A DNA stretch of 64,000 nt from positions 320,001-384,000 of the forward strand of contig CAWHXD010000008.1 of the NCBI GenBank assembly GCA_963833225.1, read 5' to 3'. Below are positions 35,773-47,763 of this stretch, one piece after another. The notes beneath the pieces were generated by a model. That model had not been told where the DNA came from, did no database searches, and was given only the letters and a program-made list of their open reading frames with translations. This DNA comes from an uncultured Chloroflexia bacterium. GTDB taxonomy: Bacteria > Chloroflexota > Limnocylindria > Limnocylindrales > CSP1-4. The position numbers and the translations under genes are program-made. The first letter of the stretch is position 1. Each line of letters starts with the position of its first letter.

Positions 35773-38541
35773 CTACCCGAGCAACTCCAGGTTCGCGAGC
35801 GAGGCGAGCATCGTCTTGCGGCCCACCTGCGGATCCTTGAAGGCGACGTGGACCTCCTCGTCGTCGCGGGTCAGCTTGGACGTGATCACGATCCCGTCGC
35901 CCCACCGCGCGTGTCGCACGCGATCCCCGTCCCGGTAGCGCCGCTCGCCGGGGACGATGGGCCGGGCAGGCACGACGCCCCGCTCCCGGGGCCCCGGGCC
36001 GGATCGGATCGAGACGCCCTCGACCGCGTCGTCCGTCGCTGGCTCATCCCAGGGCAGGATCCCCGGCGCCTGTCGCCCAAGCGAGCCGGACCGCGCGCCG
36101 GCGGCGAACGCATCGCGCTTCGCGCCCAGGTCCCGCGTCGGCCGGAAGGCCTCGCCAGGTGCCGGCGCTCCCGGTCGCCCGCTCCCTTGCCGGTATGCGC
36201 CACCGCCGGCGCGGATCCCGGCACCCAGCCGCGACCCCCGCTCGCGGAACACGACGTCCGGGTCCAGGTCCGCGCCAAGGTCGCCGCCACCACGCAGCTG
36301 CGGGCCAACCATCAGCTCCTGGGGGATCTCGAGCAGGAACCGGCTCGGGATCGACATCCCCCCGCCGCCCCAGGTCGCGCGGCGCCACGCGTGCGACAGG
36401 AACAGCCGCCGCTTGGCGCGGGTGATGCCCACGTAGGCGAGCCGCCGCTCCTCCTCGAGCTCCTTCTCATCGTCGAGCGCCCGGTTGTGCGGGAACACGC
36501 CCTCCTCGAGACCCCCGATGAACACCACCGGGAACTCCAGGCCCTTCGCGGCGTGGAGCGTGATCAGCGTGACCGCGTCCTTCTCGCCCTCGTAGGAATC
36601 CTGGTCCGCGACCAGCGCGGTCTCCTCGAGCAGCCGGTCCAGCGCGTCTTCCGGCGCCAGGTCGTCGTAGCGGGTGGTCACGGCACGCAGCTCGAGCAGG
36701 TTCGCCCAGCGATCCTCGCCCTCCTCGGAGCCATCGGCGAGCATCGCGCGGTAGCCCGACTGCTCCAGGACCTCGTCGAGCAGCTCGGGGAGCGGCAGCA
36801 CCCCGATCCGCCGCCGCAGCCGGGCGACCAGCGCGAAGAACTCGCCGATCGCTGTCCTCGCGCGGCTGGTCAGCGCCTCGACCTCGCCCCTGCCCGCGGC
36901 CTCGATCGCCGCGTACATCGAGTTCTCGTGCTTGTCTGCCCAGCGCCGCAGCCCCTCGAGGCTCTTGTCCCCGATGCCGCGTGCCGGAACGTTGATCACC
37001 CGCTCGTAGCTGACGGCGTCGGTGTCTGACCTCAGGACCCGCAGGTATGCCAGTGCGTCCTTGACCTCGCGCCGCTGGTAGAAGCGCGTGCCGCCGACGA
37101 GCTGGTAGCGGATCCCGTAGCGCAGGAACGCCTCCTCGATCGCGCGGGACTGGGAGTTCATCCGGTACATCACCGCCAGGTCCCGAGGACGGAAGCGGGT
37201 CGACTCGTCGTCGTCGGCCCGGCGCGTCAGCCACGACGACCGGCCCGTCGCGCCCACCAGCCCCTCGACCTGGCGCGCGATCCACTCCGCCTCCTCCTCC
37301 TCGTTGAAGGCCTCGAAGCGCTGGATCGGCACCCCGCCCTGGTTCTGCGTCCAGAGCTTCTTGTCGGTGCGCCGCTCGTTGCGCGAGACCACCGCGTGGG
37401 CCGCGTCGAGGATCAGCTGCGTCGAGCGGTAGTTCTGCTCCAGCTTGACGACGGTCACCTCGGGGTAGTCGCGCTCGAAGTCGAGGATGTTCTGGATATT
37501 CGCGCCGCGCCAGCCGTAGATCGACTGGTCGTCGTCGCCCACCACGCACAGGTTCCGGTTGGCTGCCGCGAGCGCCTTGACCCACAGGTACTGCGGCCGG
37601 TTCGTGTCCTGGTACTCGTCGACGTGGAGATACAGCCAGCGCTGCTGGTACCTCGCCAGCACGTCCGGCGCCTGCTCGAACAGCTCCACCGCGCGCAGCA
37701 GCAGGTCGTCGAAGTCGAGCCCGCCGACCTCGCGCAGCCGCTCCTCGTAGCGGGCGGCCAGCCGCGCGATGACCCGCTCCCGGTGGTTGACCGCGTTCTG
37801 GGCCAGGAACGTCGCGTCGAGCATGTCGTTCTTGGCGCGGCTGATGGCGCCCAGGATCGCCGCCGGCCGGAACTCGCCCGTTGCCGGCAGGTCCTGCTCG
37901 GCCAGGATCCGCTTCATCAGCTGCTGCTGGTCGTCGGTGTCGTAGATGACGAAGCGGCGGTCGATGCCGATCGCCTCCCCGTCCCGCCGGAGGACGCGAG
38001 CGCAGAGCGCGTGGAACGTGCCCGCCTCGACATCCCGGCCGGCATCGCCGGTGAGCGCGGCGATCCGCTCGCGGAGCTCGCCGGCGGCCCGGTTGGTGAA
38101 CGTGACCGCGAGGATCCGCCGGGGCTGCACCGCCTTGACGCCGATCAGGTACGCGATCCGGTGGGCGACGACCCGCGTCTTGCCAGAGCCCGCGCCGGCA
38201 AGGATCAGGAGCGGGCCGTCGGTGGTCGTGACGGCCCGCGCCTGCTCGGCGTTGAGGTGGCTGGTGATCTCCTGCGCGCGCGCTTCGCGTCGGGCCGCGA
38301 GCGCGGCGGCGATCTCCTCGGGCGCCAGCGCCGGGCTCGCGGACACATCGGGCTCGGGCGGGAGGTCCCGCATCCAGTCGGGTTCCGCGGGAGGCACCCC
38401 GGACGGTGACCCCTCGTCGGTCACCGACGTGCCACCGGGCACCGCGCCGGCCTCGGGTTCGAGCCAGGTGCCCTGCGCCGATGGCGCCTCGCGTCGGGTA
38501 CGGCGACGCTTCGGCGGCTCGCCTGCAGGGGTGGGACTCAC
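35773..38541 (-). CDS. pcrA: ATP-dependent DNA helicase PcrA/UvrD
   Basis: LAGAGSGKT, VTFTN, VDEYQDTN, VGDDDQSIY, LEQNYRST, HAAKGLEF, C-terminal Tudor GDRVRHARWGDG. Confidence 0.95.
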   Translation of the reverse strand: MSPTPAGEPPKRRRTRREAPSAQGTWLEPEAGAVPGGTSVTDEGSPSGVPPAEPDWMRDLPPEPDVSASPALAPEEIAAALAARREARAQEITSHLNAEQARAVTTTDGPLLILAGAGSGKTRVVAHRIAYLIGVKAVQPRRILAVTFTNRAAGELRERIAALTGDAGRDVEAGTFHALCARVLRRDGEAIGIDRRFVIYDTDDQQQLMKRILAEQDLPATGEFRPAAILGAISRAKNDMLDATFLAQNAVNHRERVIARLAARYEERLREVGGLDFDDLLLRAVELFEQAPDVLARYQQRWLYLHVDEYQDTNRPQYLWVKALAAANRNLCVVGDDDQSIYGWRGANIQNILDFERDYPEVTVVKLEQNYRSTQLILDAAHAVVSRNERRTDKKLWTQNQGGVPIQRFEAFNEEEEAEWIARQVEGLVGATGRSSWLTRRADDDESTRFRPRDLAVMYRMNSQSRAIEEAFLRYGIRYQLVGGTRFYQRREVKDALAYLRVLRSDTDAVSYERVINVPARGIGDKSLEGLRRWADKHENSMYAAIEAAGRGEVEALTSRARTAIGEFFALVARLRRRIGVLPLPELLDEVLEQSGYRAMLADGSEEGEDRWANLLELRAVTTRYDDLAPEDALDRLLEETALVADQDSYEGEKDAVTLITLHAAKGLEFPVVFIGGLEEGVFPHNRALDDEKELEEERRLAYVGITRAKRRLFLSHAWRRATWGGGGMSIPSRFLLEIPQELMVGPQLRGGGDLGADLDPDVVFRERGSRLGAGIRAGGGAYRQGSGRPGAPAPGEAFRPTRDLGAKRDAFAAGARSGSLGRQAPGILPWDEPATDDAVEGVSIRSGPGPRERGVVPARPIVPGERRYRDGDRVRHARWGDGIVITSKLTRDDEEVHVAFKDPQVGRKTMLASLANLELLG

Positions 38542-38599
38542 CCCACCATTCTAGGGTGCGTCCGGGTGGGGACCCGTGCGCGCAGCACGGACGCCGGGA

Positions 38600-39076
38600 T
38601 CACGCCTGCGGCTGGCCCCAGCCCGACGGCGGCACCGGCGGCTGGCCGCTCCCCGGGCCCGGTGACGGCGCGGGCTGCGCCGGGTACCCCGCCGGGTAGG
38701 CGTACCCGCCGGGCGTTCCGTATCCACCTGGGGCGCCGTATCCGGGCATCGGCCCATCAAACGTGACGTCGACCTGGAGGCCACCGATCCGCCCGGCGAC
38801 GAAGTTGTAGATGGCCACCATGATCGCCGTGATGATCCAGCCGATCACCGCGTAGATCAGCCCGCCGATCACGGCGAAGATCAGGACGCCGACCACGCCC
38901 GCCCCGAGGATCGCGCCCATCCCGCTCCCGCCGTACTGGGTCCCGGCCACGCTGACCAGCAGCGTGAATGGCAGGAAGAACACGAGGCTGAATACCAGCG
39001 TGATCACGAGATACAGTGCGGCGGCGATGTTCGCCGTCCGAACGATGTCGAAACGGCGGATCGTGACCCGGTTCAT
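38600..39076 (-). CDS. DUF3566-like membrane protein with Pro/Gly/Tyr-rich tail
   Basis: N-terminal VTIRRFD, two TM segments, IYNFVAGRIGGLQV motif; GGAGG RBS. Confidence 0.7.
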   Translation of the reverse strand: MNRVTIRRFDIVRTANIAAALYLVITLVFSLVFFLPFTLLVSVAGTQYGGSGMGAILGAGVVGVLIFAVIGGLIYAVIGWIITAIMVAIYNFVAGRIGGLQVDVTFDGPMPGYGAPGGYGTPGGYAYPAGYPAQPAPSPGPGSGQPPVPPSGWGQPQA

Positions 39077-39241
39077 CCCTGTCCTCCCTGCGTGATGGTT
39101 CTCGGGGCGAGTCTACCGACCCGGTCCGCATGCTGGCTCGCGCAACAGCCGCCAGGCAGCGGCGCTTCCCGCCGTTCATCATTGCCGAGATCGCAGAGCC
39201 CCGCGACGCCCCGCCATCTCCACCAGGACAGGAGTCACCGC

Positions 39242-39640
39242 GTGAGCGACATCGTCGTTCCCGAGAAGCTGAGCATCATGGCCGCGAGGGCCGCAGCCTC
39301 GGCCGGTGCGGGAGCCGAGTACGCCGACGGCTACGTCAAAGGCATGGTGGACGCCGCCGACGTCTTCGAGGACGTCCTCGCCGCCGCCCGCGCCGAGGCC
39401 CTCAAGCAGACGCTCGCCAGGGCAATCCACGAGCAGACCGCTGCGATCATCGACGCCCTCACCGCGCCCCAACCGGACCGCACGACCACCGCCACGCTGG
39501 ACGCCACAGCCGCCCTCGTCGAAGCGCTCACCGCGGCTGCCGCGGCTGTGACCACGGCCATCGCCGCGCCACGGGTCACCACCGTCACCCGGCACGACCG
39601 GGAAGGCCGCCTCTTGAGCGCTATCCATGAGACGACCTGA
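39242..39640 (+). CDS. Hypothetical Ala/Thr-rich protein (orphan)
   Basis: AGGAG RBS then GTG; high-GC3 codon usage; no recognisable family. Confidence 0.55.
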   Translation: MSDIVVPEKLSIMAARAAASAGAGAEYADGYVKGMVDAADVFEDVLAAARAEALKQTLARAIHEQTAAIIDALTAPQPDRTTTATLDATAALVEALTAAAAAVTTAIAAPRVTTVTRHDREGRLLSAIHETT

Positions 39641-39714
39641 TGCGGGTCGGACCCGAGCCGCCAGCTCGCGGCAGGGCGATCGGGGTCGTCCCCCGGTCGC
39701 AGGCCAGGTAGCCA

Positions 39715-39751
39715 CAGAGGCGGGCATCCCCGTTGGGGACACCCGCCTCTG
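39715..39751 (-). terminator. Hairpin terminator downstream of groEL
   Basis: cagaggcgggcatcccc / ggggacacccgcctctg inverted repeat. Confidence 0.6.
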
Positions 39752-39800
39752 AGCGTGTTTCCGTGCGTGCGTCCGACCAGCGCGGACGCGTCCTGTGCGA

Positions 39801-41453
<1,653 letters not shown>

Positions 41454-41543
41454 TCAGGGTGGTGGGCGACGCCAGCGGGTGAGTCGCCGTTCGCGCTCCG
41501 AGCGCCGAGGCGACGCTCCCGCGAGCCATCGGCGCGAGGATCG

Positions 41544-41852
41544 TCAGTCCTCGACGATGGCGAGGATGTCCTTCTCGCTGACGATGAGGAGCTCCTCGGC
41601 GTCAACCTTGAACTCGGTCCCGGCGTACTTGGCGTACAGGACCTTCTGGCCGACCGAGACGTCCATCGCGCTGCGCGAGCCGTCATCGAGGACCTTGCCG
41701 GGGCCGACGGACAGGATCTCGCCCTCCTGGGGCTTCTCCTTCGCGGTATCCGGCAAGACGATCCCCGACTTCGTCATCTCCTCACGGGGCGTGGGCTTGA
41801 TGACGACGCGATCGCCAAGCGGGCGAAGCTTCGTCGAAGAGGCATTGGCCAA
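41544..41852 (-). CDS. groS: Co-chaperonin GroES
   Basis: [35 protein letters not shown]; TTG start after CAGGAGG. Confidence 0.97.
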   Translation of the reverse strand: MANASSTKLRPLGDRVVIKPTPREEMTKSGIVLPDTAKEKPQEGEILSVGPGKVLDDGSRSAMDVSVGQKVLYAKYAGTEFKVDAEELLIVSEKDILAIVED

Positions 41853-42061
41853 GGTTCGTTTCCTCCTGTGGCGACCGGGCACGGCCGCCAATGGCCGGGT
41901 TGGCTGGCTCCGGAACGATCGGGCGCGATACCCGCCCACGACTGTCCGGTGATCCTCCTGGTGAGCGCCGCGCCGACGGCTGCGACGCGGGGCCGGGTGT
42001 CGCGGCGGACGGTTCTATGTCCGGTTGCCCGACACCCTGCAAGATCGCGTCTCGCTCGGGT

Positions 42062-42088
42062 TTGGCACTCTCACGTTGAGAGTGCCAA
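42062..42088. promoter_or_regulatory. CIRCE element (HrcA operator)
   Basis: TTGGCACTC-N9-GAGTGCCAA upstream of groES. Confidence 0.95.
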
Positions 42089-42089
42089 C

Positions 42090-42119
42090 AAAGTACCGGA
42101 GGCTGCCGGGTGTTGTCAA
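42090..42119 (-). promoter_or_regulatory. Sigma70-type promoter of groESL
   Basis: TTGACA (42119-42114), 18 nt spacer, TACTTT (42095-42090), immediately upstream of CIRCE. Confidence 0.75.
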
Positions 42120-42146
42120 CCTGCGGGGCGAAGATCGGCCCTGGTG

Positions 42147-42961
42147 TCAGCGCGCCAGCGATCGCGGGAACGTGACGTCGTAGGCGGCCACGAGATCGTC
42201 GCCCAGGGACTCGACGGGAACGCCCCGCTGCTCCGCGACCCAGCGCGCGGTGATCACCACGTGCTCGGGGGCGTTCCGGCCGCGCGGCGCTCCTGGCGGC
42301 GACAGGAACGGCGAGTCCGTCTCCAGCAGCAGCCGCTCGGCAGGGACCATCGACGCGACCTCCGCCGATGCCTCCTCGCCGCGCCGGAACACCAGGCCGC
42401 CGAACGCGATCGCGAGGCCCATCGACAGCATCTCCTCGGCGTAGTCCACCGGTCCCGAGAAGCTGTGCACGACCGCGGGCGGACGATCGCCGAAGGCGTC
42501 GCGGGCGGCTGCGGCGTCGAACCCCGCCGCTCGCAGCTCCGCGACCAGCGCGTCCTGCGCGTCGCGCTCGCCGGCCCGGGACCGGCAGTGGAGGATCGCG
42601 GGCTTGCCCGTCGCGAGCGCCAGCGCGAGGTTCCGGCGCAGGTTCGCCAGCTGCGCCTCCCACGGCGAGAACATGCGGTCCGAGTCGAGCCCCGTCTCCC
42701 GATCGCGACGACCCGCTCGTCGCGCCCAGGCCTCGACCAGCCCAACCCGCCTCGTCGACCCTGGCGGCATCGTGGGTGGATCCCGACGCAGCATCGAGCC
42801 AGGCCGGCTGCCACCACCTCCAGCGCCCGCTCCGAGGAGCGGACGTTCCAGCCTGGGACCAGGAGCCGCTCGAGCCCGGCCGCACGTGCCGTCGAGCACG
42901 GGTCGAGGTCGTCGTCGAACCGGTCGGCGTTGACGTGGCCGTGGGAGTCGATCAGGCGCAT
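42147..42961 (-). CDS. tatD: TatD-family hydrolase (multiple apparent frameshifts ~42700-42900)
   Basis: MRLIDSHGH, VGIHP, ETGLD, LHCR, VHSFSG, LLLETDSPFL across frames. Confidence 0.85.
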
Positions 42962-43002
42962 CGGTCGTCGCCGGGCCGAGGCTCGTGGCGCGAAGCCGGT
43001 GG

Positions 43003-43362
43003 TCAGCCGGCGTCCCGGACGGGGACTGCCAGGCCAACCTCGGTGCCCTCGCTGTCACGAACGACCGCGAAGCGACCGAACCCGCCGCCGATGTCCGCGG
43101 CTGCTCGATCACGGTGCCGCCGTTGGCCTCCGCGGCCGCGCAGCCCTCCTCCAGCGAGTCCACCGTGATGTAGATGCGGAGCTGGCGAGCGATGGTCTCC
43201 CGCGCTTGCCGATGGCGCCACCGTGGCGCGCCTCGGTCTGGAACAGGAGTCGCCTCCATCCGGGCTGCTCGCCGAACTCCCAGCCGGCCACGGCGGCGTA
43301 GAACCGCTGGCCCGCTCCGGGTCATCCGCGGAGCTCGACGTGGGTGATCTCGCCCTGGGCAT
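43003..43362 (-). CDS. VOC/glyoxalase-family protein (apparent frameshifts)
   Basis: Fragments ADDPERA, VAGWEFG, LRIYITVDSLEE, ANGG, GRFAVVRDSEGTEVGL. Confidence 0.7.
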   Translation of the reverse strand: MPRARSPTSSSADDPERASGSTPPWPAGSSASSPDGGDSCSRPRRATVAPSASAGDHRSPAPHLHHGGLAGGGLRGRGGQRRHRDRAAADIGGGFGRFAVVRDSEGTEVGLAVPVRDAG

Positions 43363-43403
43363 CGCAGCCTCCTTCGTGCATCGGGTCCGCAACCGTACGA
43401 CGA

Positions 43404-45058
43404 TCAGGTGGCGTCTGCCTCGACCGCCTCGATCTCGATCCGCGGGAACAGCGGCGTCGGCGTGTCCGTCACGCGTCCCTCGCCGGTCGCCGCGCCCCAC
43501 GCGAGGAGCTCAAGCACGTCCGGGCCGCCGTTGCCGTCCGGGCCGTAGCTCCAGTCGTGGCCAAGCTGCTCGAGGATCCGCGGCGCCATGGATGGCATGA
43601 ACGGCGCCACCGCCGTGCCCACCAGCCGGCACGTCTCGACGAGATCACCGAGCACGGCCCGCAACCGGGCTGCGGCCGCCTCGTCGCCGGCCTTGGCCTG
43701 CTTGTTGAGCGTCCACGGCTGCTCGGCATCGACCGTCTTGTTGGCGCCCCCGACGAACTCCCACAGCTCCGCGAGCGCATCGTGGAGCAGGTGGCCGTCC
43801 AGCTTCTCGCGGTACAGGCGGAGCGTGTCCGCCCAGCCCTCCGCGAGCGGCGAGTCCCCCGCCGGCCGCGGTGCCGGCCGCTCGCCGCCGAGGTAGCGGT
43901 TGACCATCGACACGGTGCGGTTGACGAGGTTGCCGAAGTCGTTGGCGAGGTCCGCGTTGTAGCGCCGGACGAACGAGTCCCAGGACACCTCGGTGTCCCG
44001 GTCGAAGGCGACCTCGCGCAGGGTCACGTAGCGCGCGCCATCCGCGCCGAACGCCGCCGACCACGTCGTGCGGGTCGAGGAAGTTGCCGCGGCTCTTGCT
44101 CATCCGCTCGCCGCGCCTGGACCAGGAGCCAGCCGTGGACCCAGACATGCGCGGGGGCGTCGATGCCGGCCGACCACAGCATGGCCGGCCAGTAGATGGT
44201 GTGGAACCGGGCGATGTCCTTGCCGATGACGTGCAGGTCGGCCGGCCACCAGCGCTGGAACGCGTCCAGGTCGTCCGGGAACCCGGCACCGGTGATGTAG
44301 TTGATCAGCGCGTCGTACCAGACGTAGATCGTGCCGGCCTCCGGGTCCCAGGACCCGTCCTCGCGCTGGGCGGTCTGCCCGTCCTCGCCGATCGGGAACG
44401 GGATGCCCCAGGTGGCGCCGGCGCGGCTGATCGAGAAGTCCTCCAGGCCCTGGCGGATGAAGCCCAGCATCTCGTTGCGCCGGTAGTCGGGCTGGACGAA
44501 CTCGGGGTCGCGCCTCGAAGTAGTCGCAGCAGCCGCTGCTGGTAGTTGGACAGGCGGAAGAACCAGTTGCGCTCCGAGAGCCACTGGAGCGGGACGCCCG
44601 GGTGGTTGGGGCACTGCATCCCGGTCGCCGTCTCGTGGAGGTCCGACGGCGCCTTGAAGCCCTCGGACGGGCAGTACCAGCCCTCGTACGTGCCGAGGTA
44701 GATGTCGCCGTTGTCGTAGGCGCGGCGCACCATCTCCTGGGCCGAGCGGTAGTGGTCCGGGTCCGTGGTCCGGATGAACCGGTCGGGGCTGATCAGCAGC
44801 GCGTCCTCGGCCGCCTTGAACAGCGCCACCTTCTCGTCGACGAACTCGCGCGGGGTCTGGCCGAGCGCCTCGGCCGACTGGGCGATGTTGACGCTGTGCT
44901 CGTCGGTGCCGGTCAGGAACCGGGTCTCGTGGCCCTGCATCCGGTGCCAGCGGGCGATGACGTCGGCGCCGATGACCTCGTACACGCGTGTGGAGGCCGG
45001 GCGCGTTGTTCGCGTACGCGATCGCGGTCGTGAGGTAGTAGCGCGGGCGGTCGGACAT
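43404..45058 (-). CDS. metG: Methionine--tRNA ligase (apparent frameshifts ~44988, ~44520, ~44115, ~44057)
   Basis: YYLTTAIAY, FLTGTDEH, FIRTTD, YEGWYC, IYVWYDALINY, HVIGKDI, RMSKSRGN, NADLANDFGNL. Confidence 0.92.
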
Positions 45059-45190
45059 GGCCCGGCGATGGTAGCAGCGCAGCGATCGGCGGCGGAAGGC
45101 GAAGCACGGGAAGGCCGGCACCGCGGCCGGACGACCGGTCCTCCGATTGGGCTTGTCGACCTGGAGTCCCAGTGGGACAGCGAAGCGCGC

Positions 45191-45236
45191 GGGCGGTGGC
45201 GAGGCGGGTGGGCGGTGGCGAGGCGGGTCGGCGGTG
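45191..45236. repeat. 19-bp tandem repeat (2 copies plus partial)
   Basis: gggcggtggcgaggcgggt at 45191 and 45210. Confidence 0.75.
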
Positions 45237-45283
45237 CCTACCGCCGGACCTGCCGCCGGCGAACCCTCCATCCTTGACGGTCC

Positions 45284-45412
45284 GTCACGGTTCTGGGCCT
45301 CAAGCGACCTCCCTGGGCGCGGAGACGGCGCCACGGCCCCGTTTCTCGCCCCAGCGTCAAGATCGGGCCGCGAACCACGGGGTCGCCTCCGCTTCGACCC
45401 CAAAACCCTGAC
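45284..45412. repeat. 129-bp intergenic element with imperfect terminal inverted repeats (copy B)
   Basis: gtcacggttctgggcctcaag ... ccgcttcgaccccaaaaccctgac; ends match copy A. Confidence 0.7.
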
Positions 45413-45507
45413 CCACAGGCAGGGCCGGGTCGGGACGCCGTCAAGTCGGATTCGGAACTGGTCGCCGACGACGGGCCCGGCCCCGCGACCCGAGGCGCGG
45501 GCTGGTG

Positions 45508-47763
45508 CTAGTGCCGGAAGTGCCGCTTCCCAGTCACGAGCATCGCGGCGCCGGCGTCCTCGACCATCCGCAGGACCTCGGCGTCGCGCACCGAGCCGCC
45601 GGGCTGGACGATCGCGGTGACCCCGGCCTCGAGCAGCACGGCCGGCCCGTCGGCGAACGGGAAGAAGGCATCCGAGGCGGCCACCGCACCCGTGGCCCCG
45701 GCCTCGCCCTGGAACTGGCGAGCCTTGTCCACGGCGCCACGGCAGGCATCCACGCGGCTCACCTGGCCGGAGCCGAGACCCACGACCATGCCGTCGCGGA
45801 CCAGGAGGATGGCGTTGGACACCACGCCGCGGCACAGGCGCCAGGCGAGATCGAGGTCCCGGCGCTCCTGCTCGGTGGGTTGCCGGGACGTGGTGCACAC
45901 CCACTCGGCGGGGTCGTCCGGGAGGGTGTCCGGGGCCGTGACCAGGACGCTGCCTCCGGTCGTGCGGATCGAACCCAGGAAGTCCACGGCCGTGGCCGAA
46001 GGTCGCGATCCCGTGGGGTCGAGCGACGGGTCCACCACCAGCCGCAGGTTCGGCTTGGTGGCCAGGACCTCGCGGGCCCCCGCGTCGAATGCCGGGGCCA
46101 CGACGACCTCGAGGAAGATCGAGACCAGCCGCTCCGCCAGCGCCTGGTCCACGGTGCCGGTGATCGAGACGACGCCCCCGTATGCCGACACGGGATCACC
46201 GGCCAGCGCCGCATCCCACGCCTCGAGCAGGGTCGGGCGCTCGGCGGCGCCGCACGGGTTGGTGTGCTTCATGACCACGACCGCCGGACCCCGCATCAGC
46301 CGCCCGAGCGCGGCGGCAGCCGAGGCGTCGAGCACGTTGTTGTACGAGAGCGGCTTGCCCTGGAGCGGCGGCTCGCCGGTCACGAATGGCCCCTCGCCGG
46401 CGCGCGGCTCGCGGTCGGTGCGCCGGTAGCGGGCGGCGGGCTGGTGGGGGTTCTCGCCGTAGCGCAGGGTCTCGACCTTGTCCATCGAGATCGTGAGCAC
46501 CGGCGGGTAGGGATCCTCCGCCCCGGGCAGGCCGGGCTCCGCGGGCAGCTCGACGCCGGCGTCGTGCATCCGGCACGGCAGCTCCGCGGCGATCCGGGCA
46601 TCGTAGGCCGCGGTGTGCCGGAACGCCTCGACCGCGAGAGCGGACCGCAGGCCGAGCGGGATGGCGCCGTCGTGCTCGTCGAGCGCCGCGAGGATCGACT
46701 CGTAGCGTGCCGGCGAGGTCACGATCGCCACGCTCGCATGGTTCTTGGCGGCGGCGCGGACCATCGATGGTCCGCCGATGTCGATCTCCTCCACGAGCTC
46801 GTCGAACGAGATCCCGGGCCTGCGGGCGGCGTCCGCGAACGGGTACAGGTTGACCACGACCAGGTCGAACGGGGCGATGCCGGCGGCGAGGAGCGCCTGC
46901 CGGTGGTCCGCGCGCCGGCGGTCCGCCAGGAGCCCACCGTGGACCCGCGGGTGGAGCGTCTTGACCCGCCCGTCGAGCATCTCCGGGAAGCCCGTGACCG
47001 CGGCGACGTCCGTGACCGGGAGGCCGGCCTCGCGCAGGGCCCGCGCCGTGCCGCCGGTCGACACCAGCTCCCAGCCACGCGCCACCAGGCCGCGGCCGAG
47101 CTCCGCCAACCCGGACTTGTCGGATACGGACAACAGCGCCCGGCGCGGCACCGGTGTCGAGGCGTCGGCGACCGCGGGGTCAAAGGTGGCGCGCCGGGCG
47201 CCGTCGGCCACGCTCAGCGCGCCGGCAAGCAGCGAGGCCACCGCCGCCGGGAGCAGCCGGTGCTCGACGGGGTGGATGCGGGCGAGCAGCGTCTCCTCGG
47301 TGTCGTCGGGCAGGACCGGCACTGCCTCCTGGGCCACGATCGGCCCGCCGTCGAGCGTCGCGTCCACCAGGAGCACGGTCACGCCGGTCACCGCCACGCC
47401 GGCGGCGAGAGCATCGCGAGCCCCGTGGAGTCCCGGGAACGACGGCAACAGCGACGGGTGCACGTTGAGGATCCGCCCGCCGAACCGGGAGAGCACCGCC
47501 GGGCCGACCAGGCGCAGGTACCCCGCCAGGACCACGACATCCGGCTCCACCGCCGCCAGCGTGTCCGCGAGCGGCGCATCATCGCCGCCGGGAAGGAGGA
47601 TCGTGTCGATGCCCTGCTCGGCGGCCCACTCGAGCCCCGGGCATGGACGATCGGCGAACACGAGCACCACCTCGCCCCCGAGGACACCGCGCTCGGCCGC
47701 CGCGACCAGCGCGCGAAGGTTCGACCCGGTGCCAGACACCCCGACCGCGATCCGACCGCTCAC
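45508..47763 (-). CDS. purH: Fused GAR transformylase PurN + bifunctional AICAR transformylase/IMP cyclohydrolase PurH
   Basis: N-terminal SGTGSNL, LAGYLR, NVHPSLLPSF, LDGGPI (PurN); then ALLSVSDK, GRVKTLHP, IDIGGP, LRYGENPHQ, SDAFFPF, RHFRH (PurH) in one frame. Confidence 0.93.
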   Translation of the reverse strand: MSGRIAVGVSGTGSNLRALVAAAERGVLGGEVVLVFADRPCPGLEWAAEQGIDTILLPGGDDAPLADTLAAVEPDVVVLAGYLRLVGPAVLSRFGGRILNVHPSLLPSFPGLHGARDALAAGVAVTGVTVLLVDATLDGGPIVAQEAVPVLPDDTEETLLARIHPVEHRLLPAAVASLLAGALSVADGARRATFDPAVADASTPVPRRALLSVSDKSGLAELGRGLVARGWELVSTGGTARALREAGLPVTDVAAVTGFPEMLDGRVKTLHPRVHGGLLADRRRADHRQALLAAGIAPFDLVVVNLYPFADAARRPGISFDELVEEIDIGGPSMVRAAAKNHASVAIVTSPARYESILAALDEHDGAIPLGLRSALAVEAFRHTAAYDARIAAELPCRMHDAGVELPAEPGLPGAEDPYPPVLTISMDKVETLRYGENPHQPAARYRRTDREPRAGEGPFVTGEPPLQGKPLSYNNVLDASAAAALGRLMRGPAVVVMKHTNPCGAAERPTLLEAWDAALAGDPVSAYGGVVSITGTVDQALAERLVSIFLEVVVAPAFDAGAREVLATKPNLRLVVDPSLDPTGSRPSATAVDFLGSIRTTGGSVLVTAPDTLPDDPAEWVCTTSRQPTEQERRDLDLAWRLCRGVVSNAILLVRDGMVVGLGSGQVSRVDACRGAVDKARQFQGEAGATGAVAASDAFFPFADGPAVLLEAGVTAIVQPGGSVRDAEVLRMVEDAGAAMLVTGKRHFRH

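Noticed and set aside
45059-45280. T-box leader for metG
   Set aside because: No T-box consensus or terminator; a -10 box 9 nt before the ATG indicates a near-leaderless start
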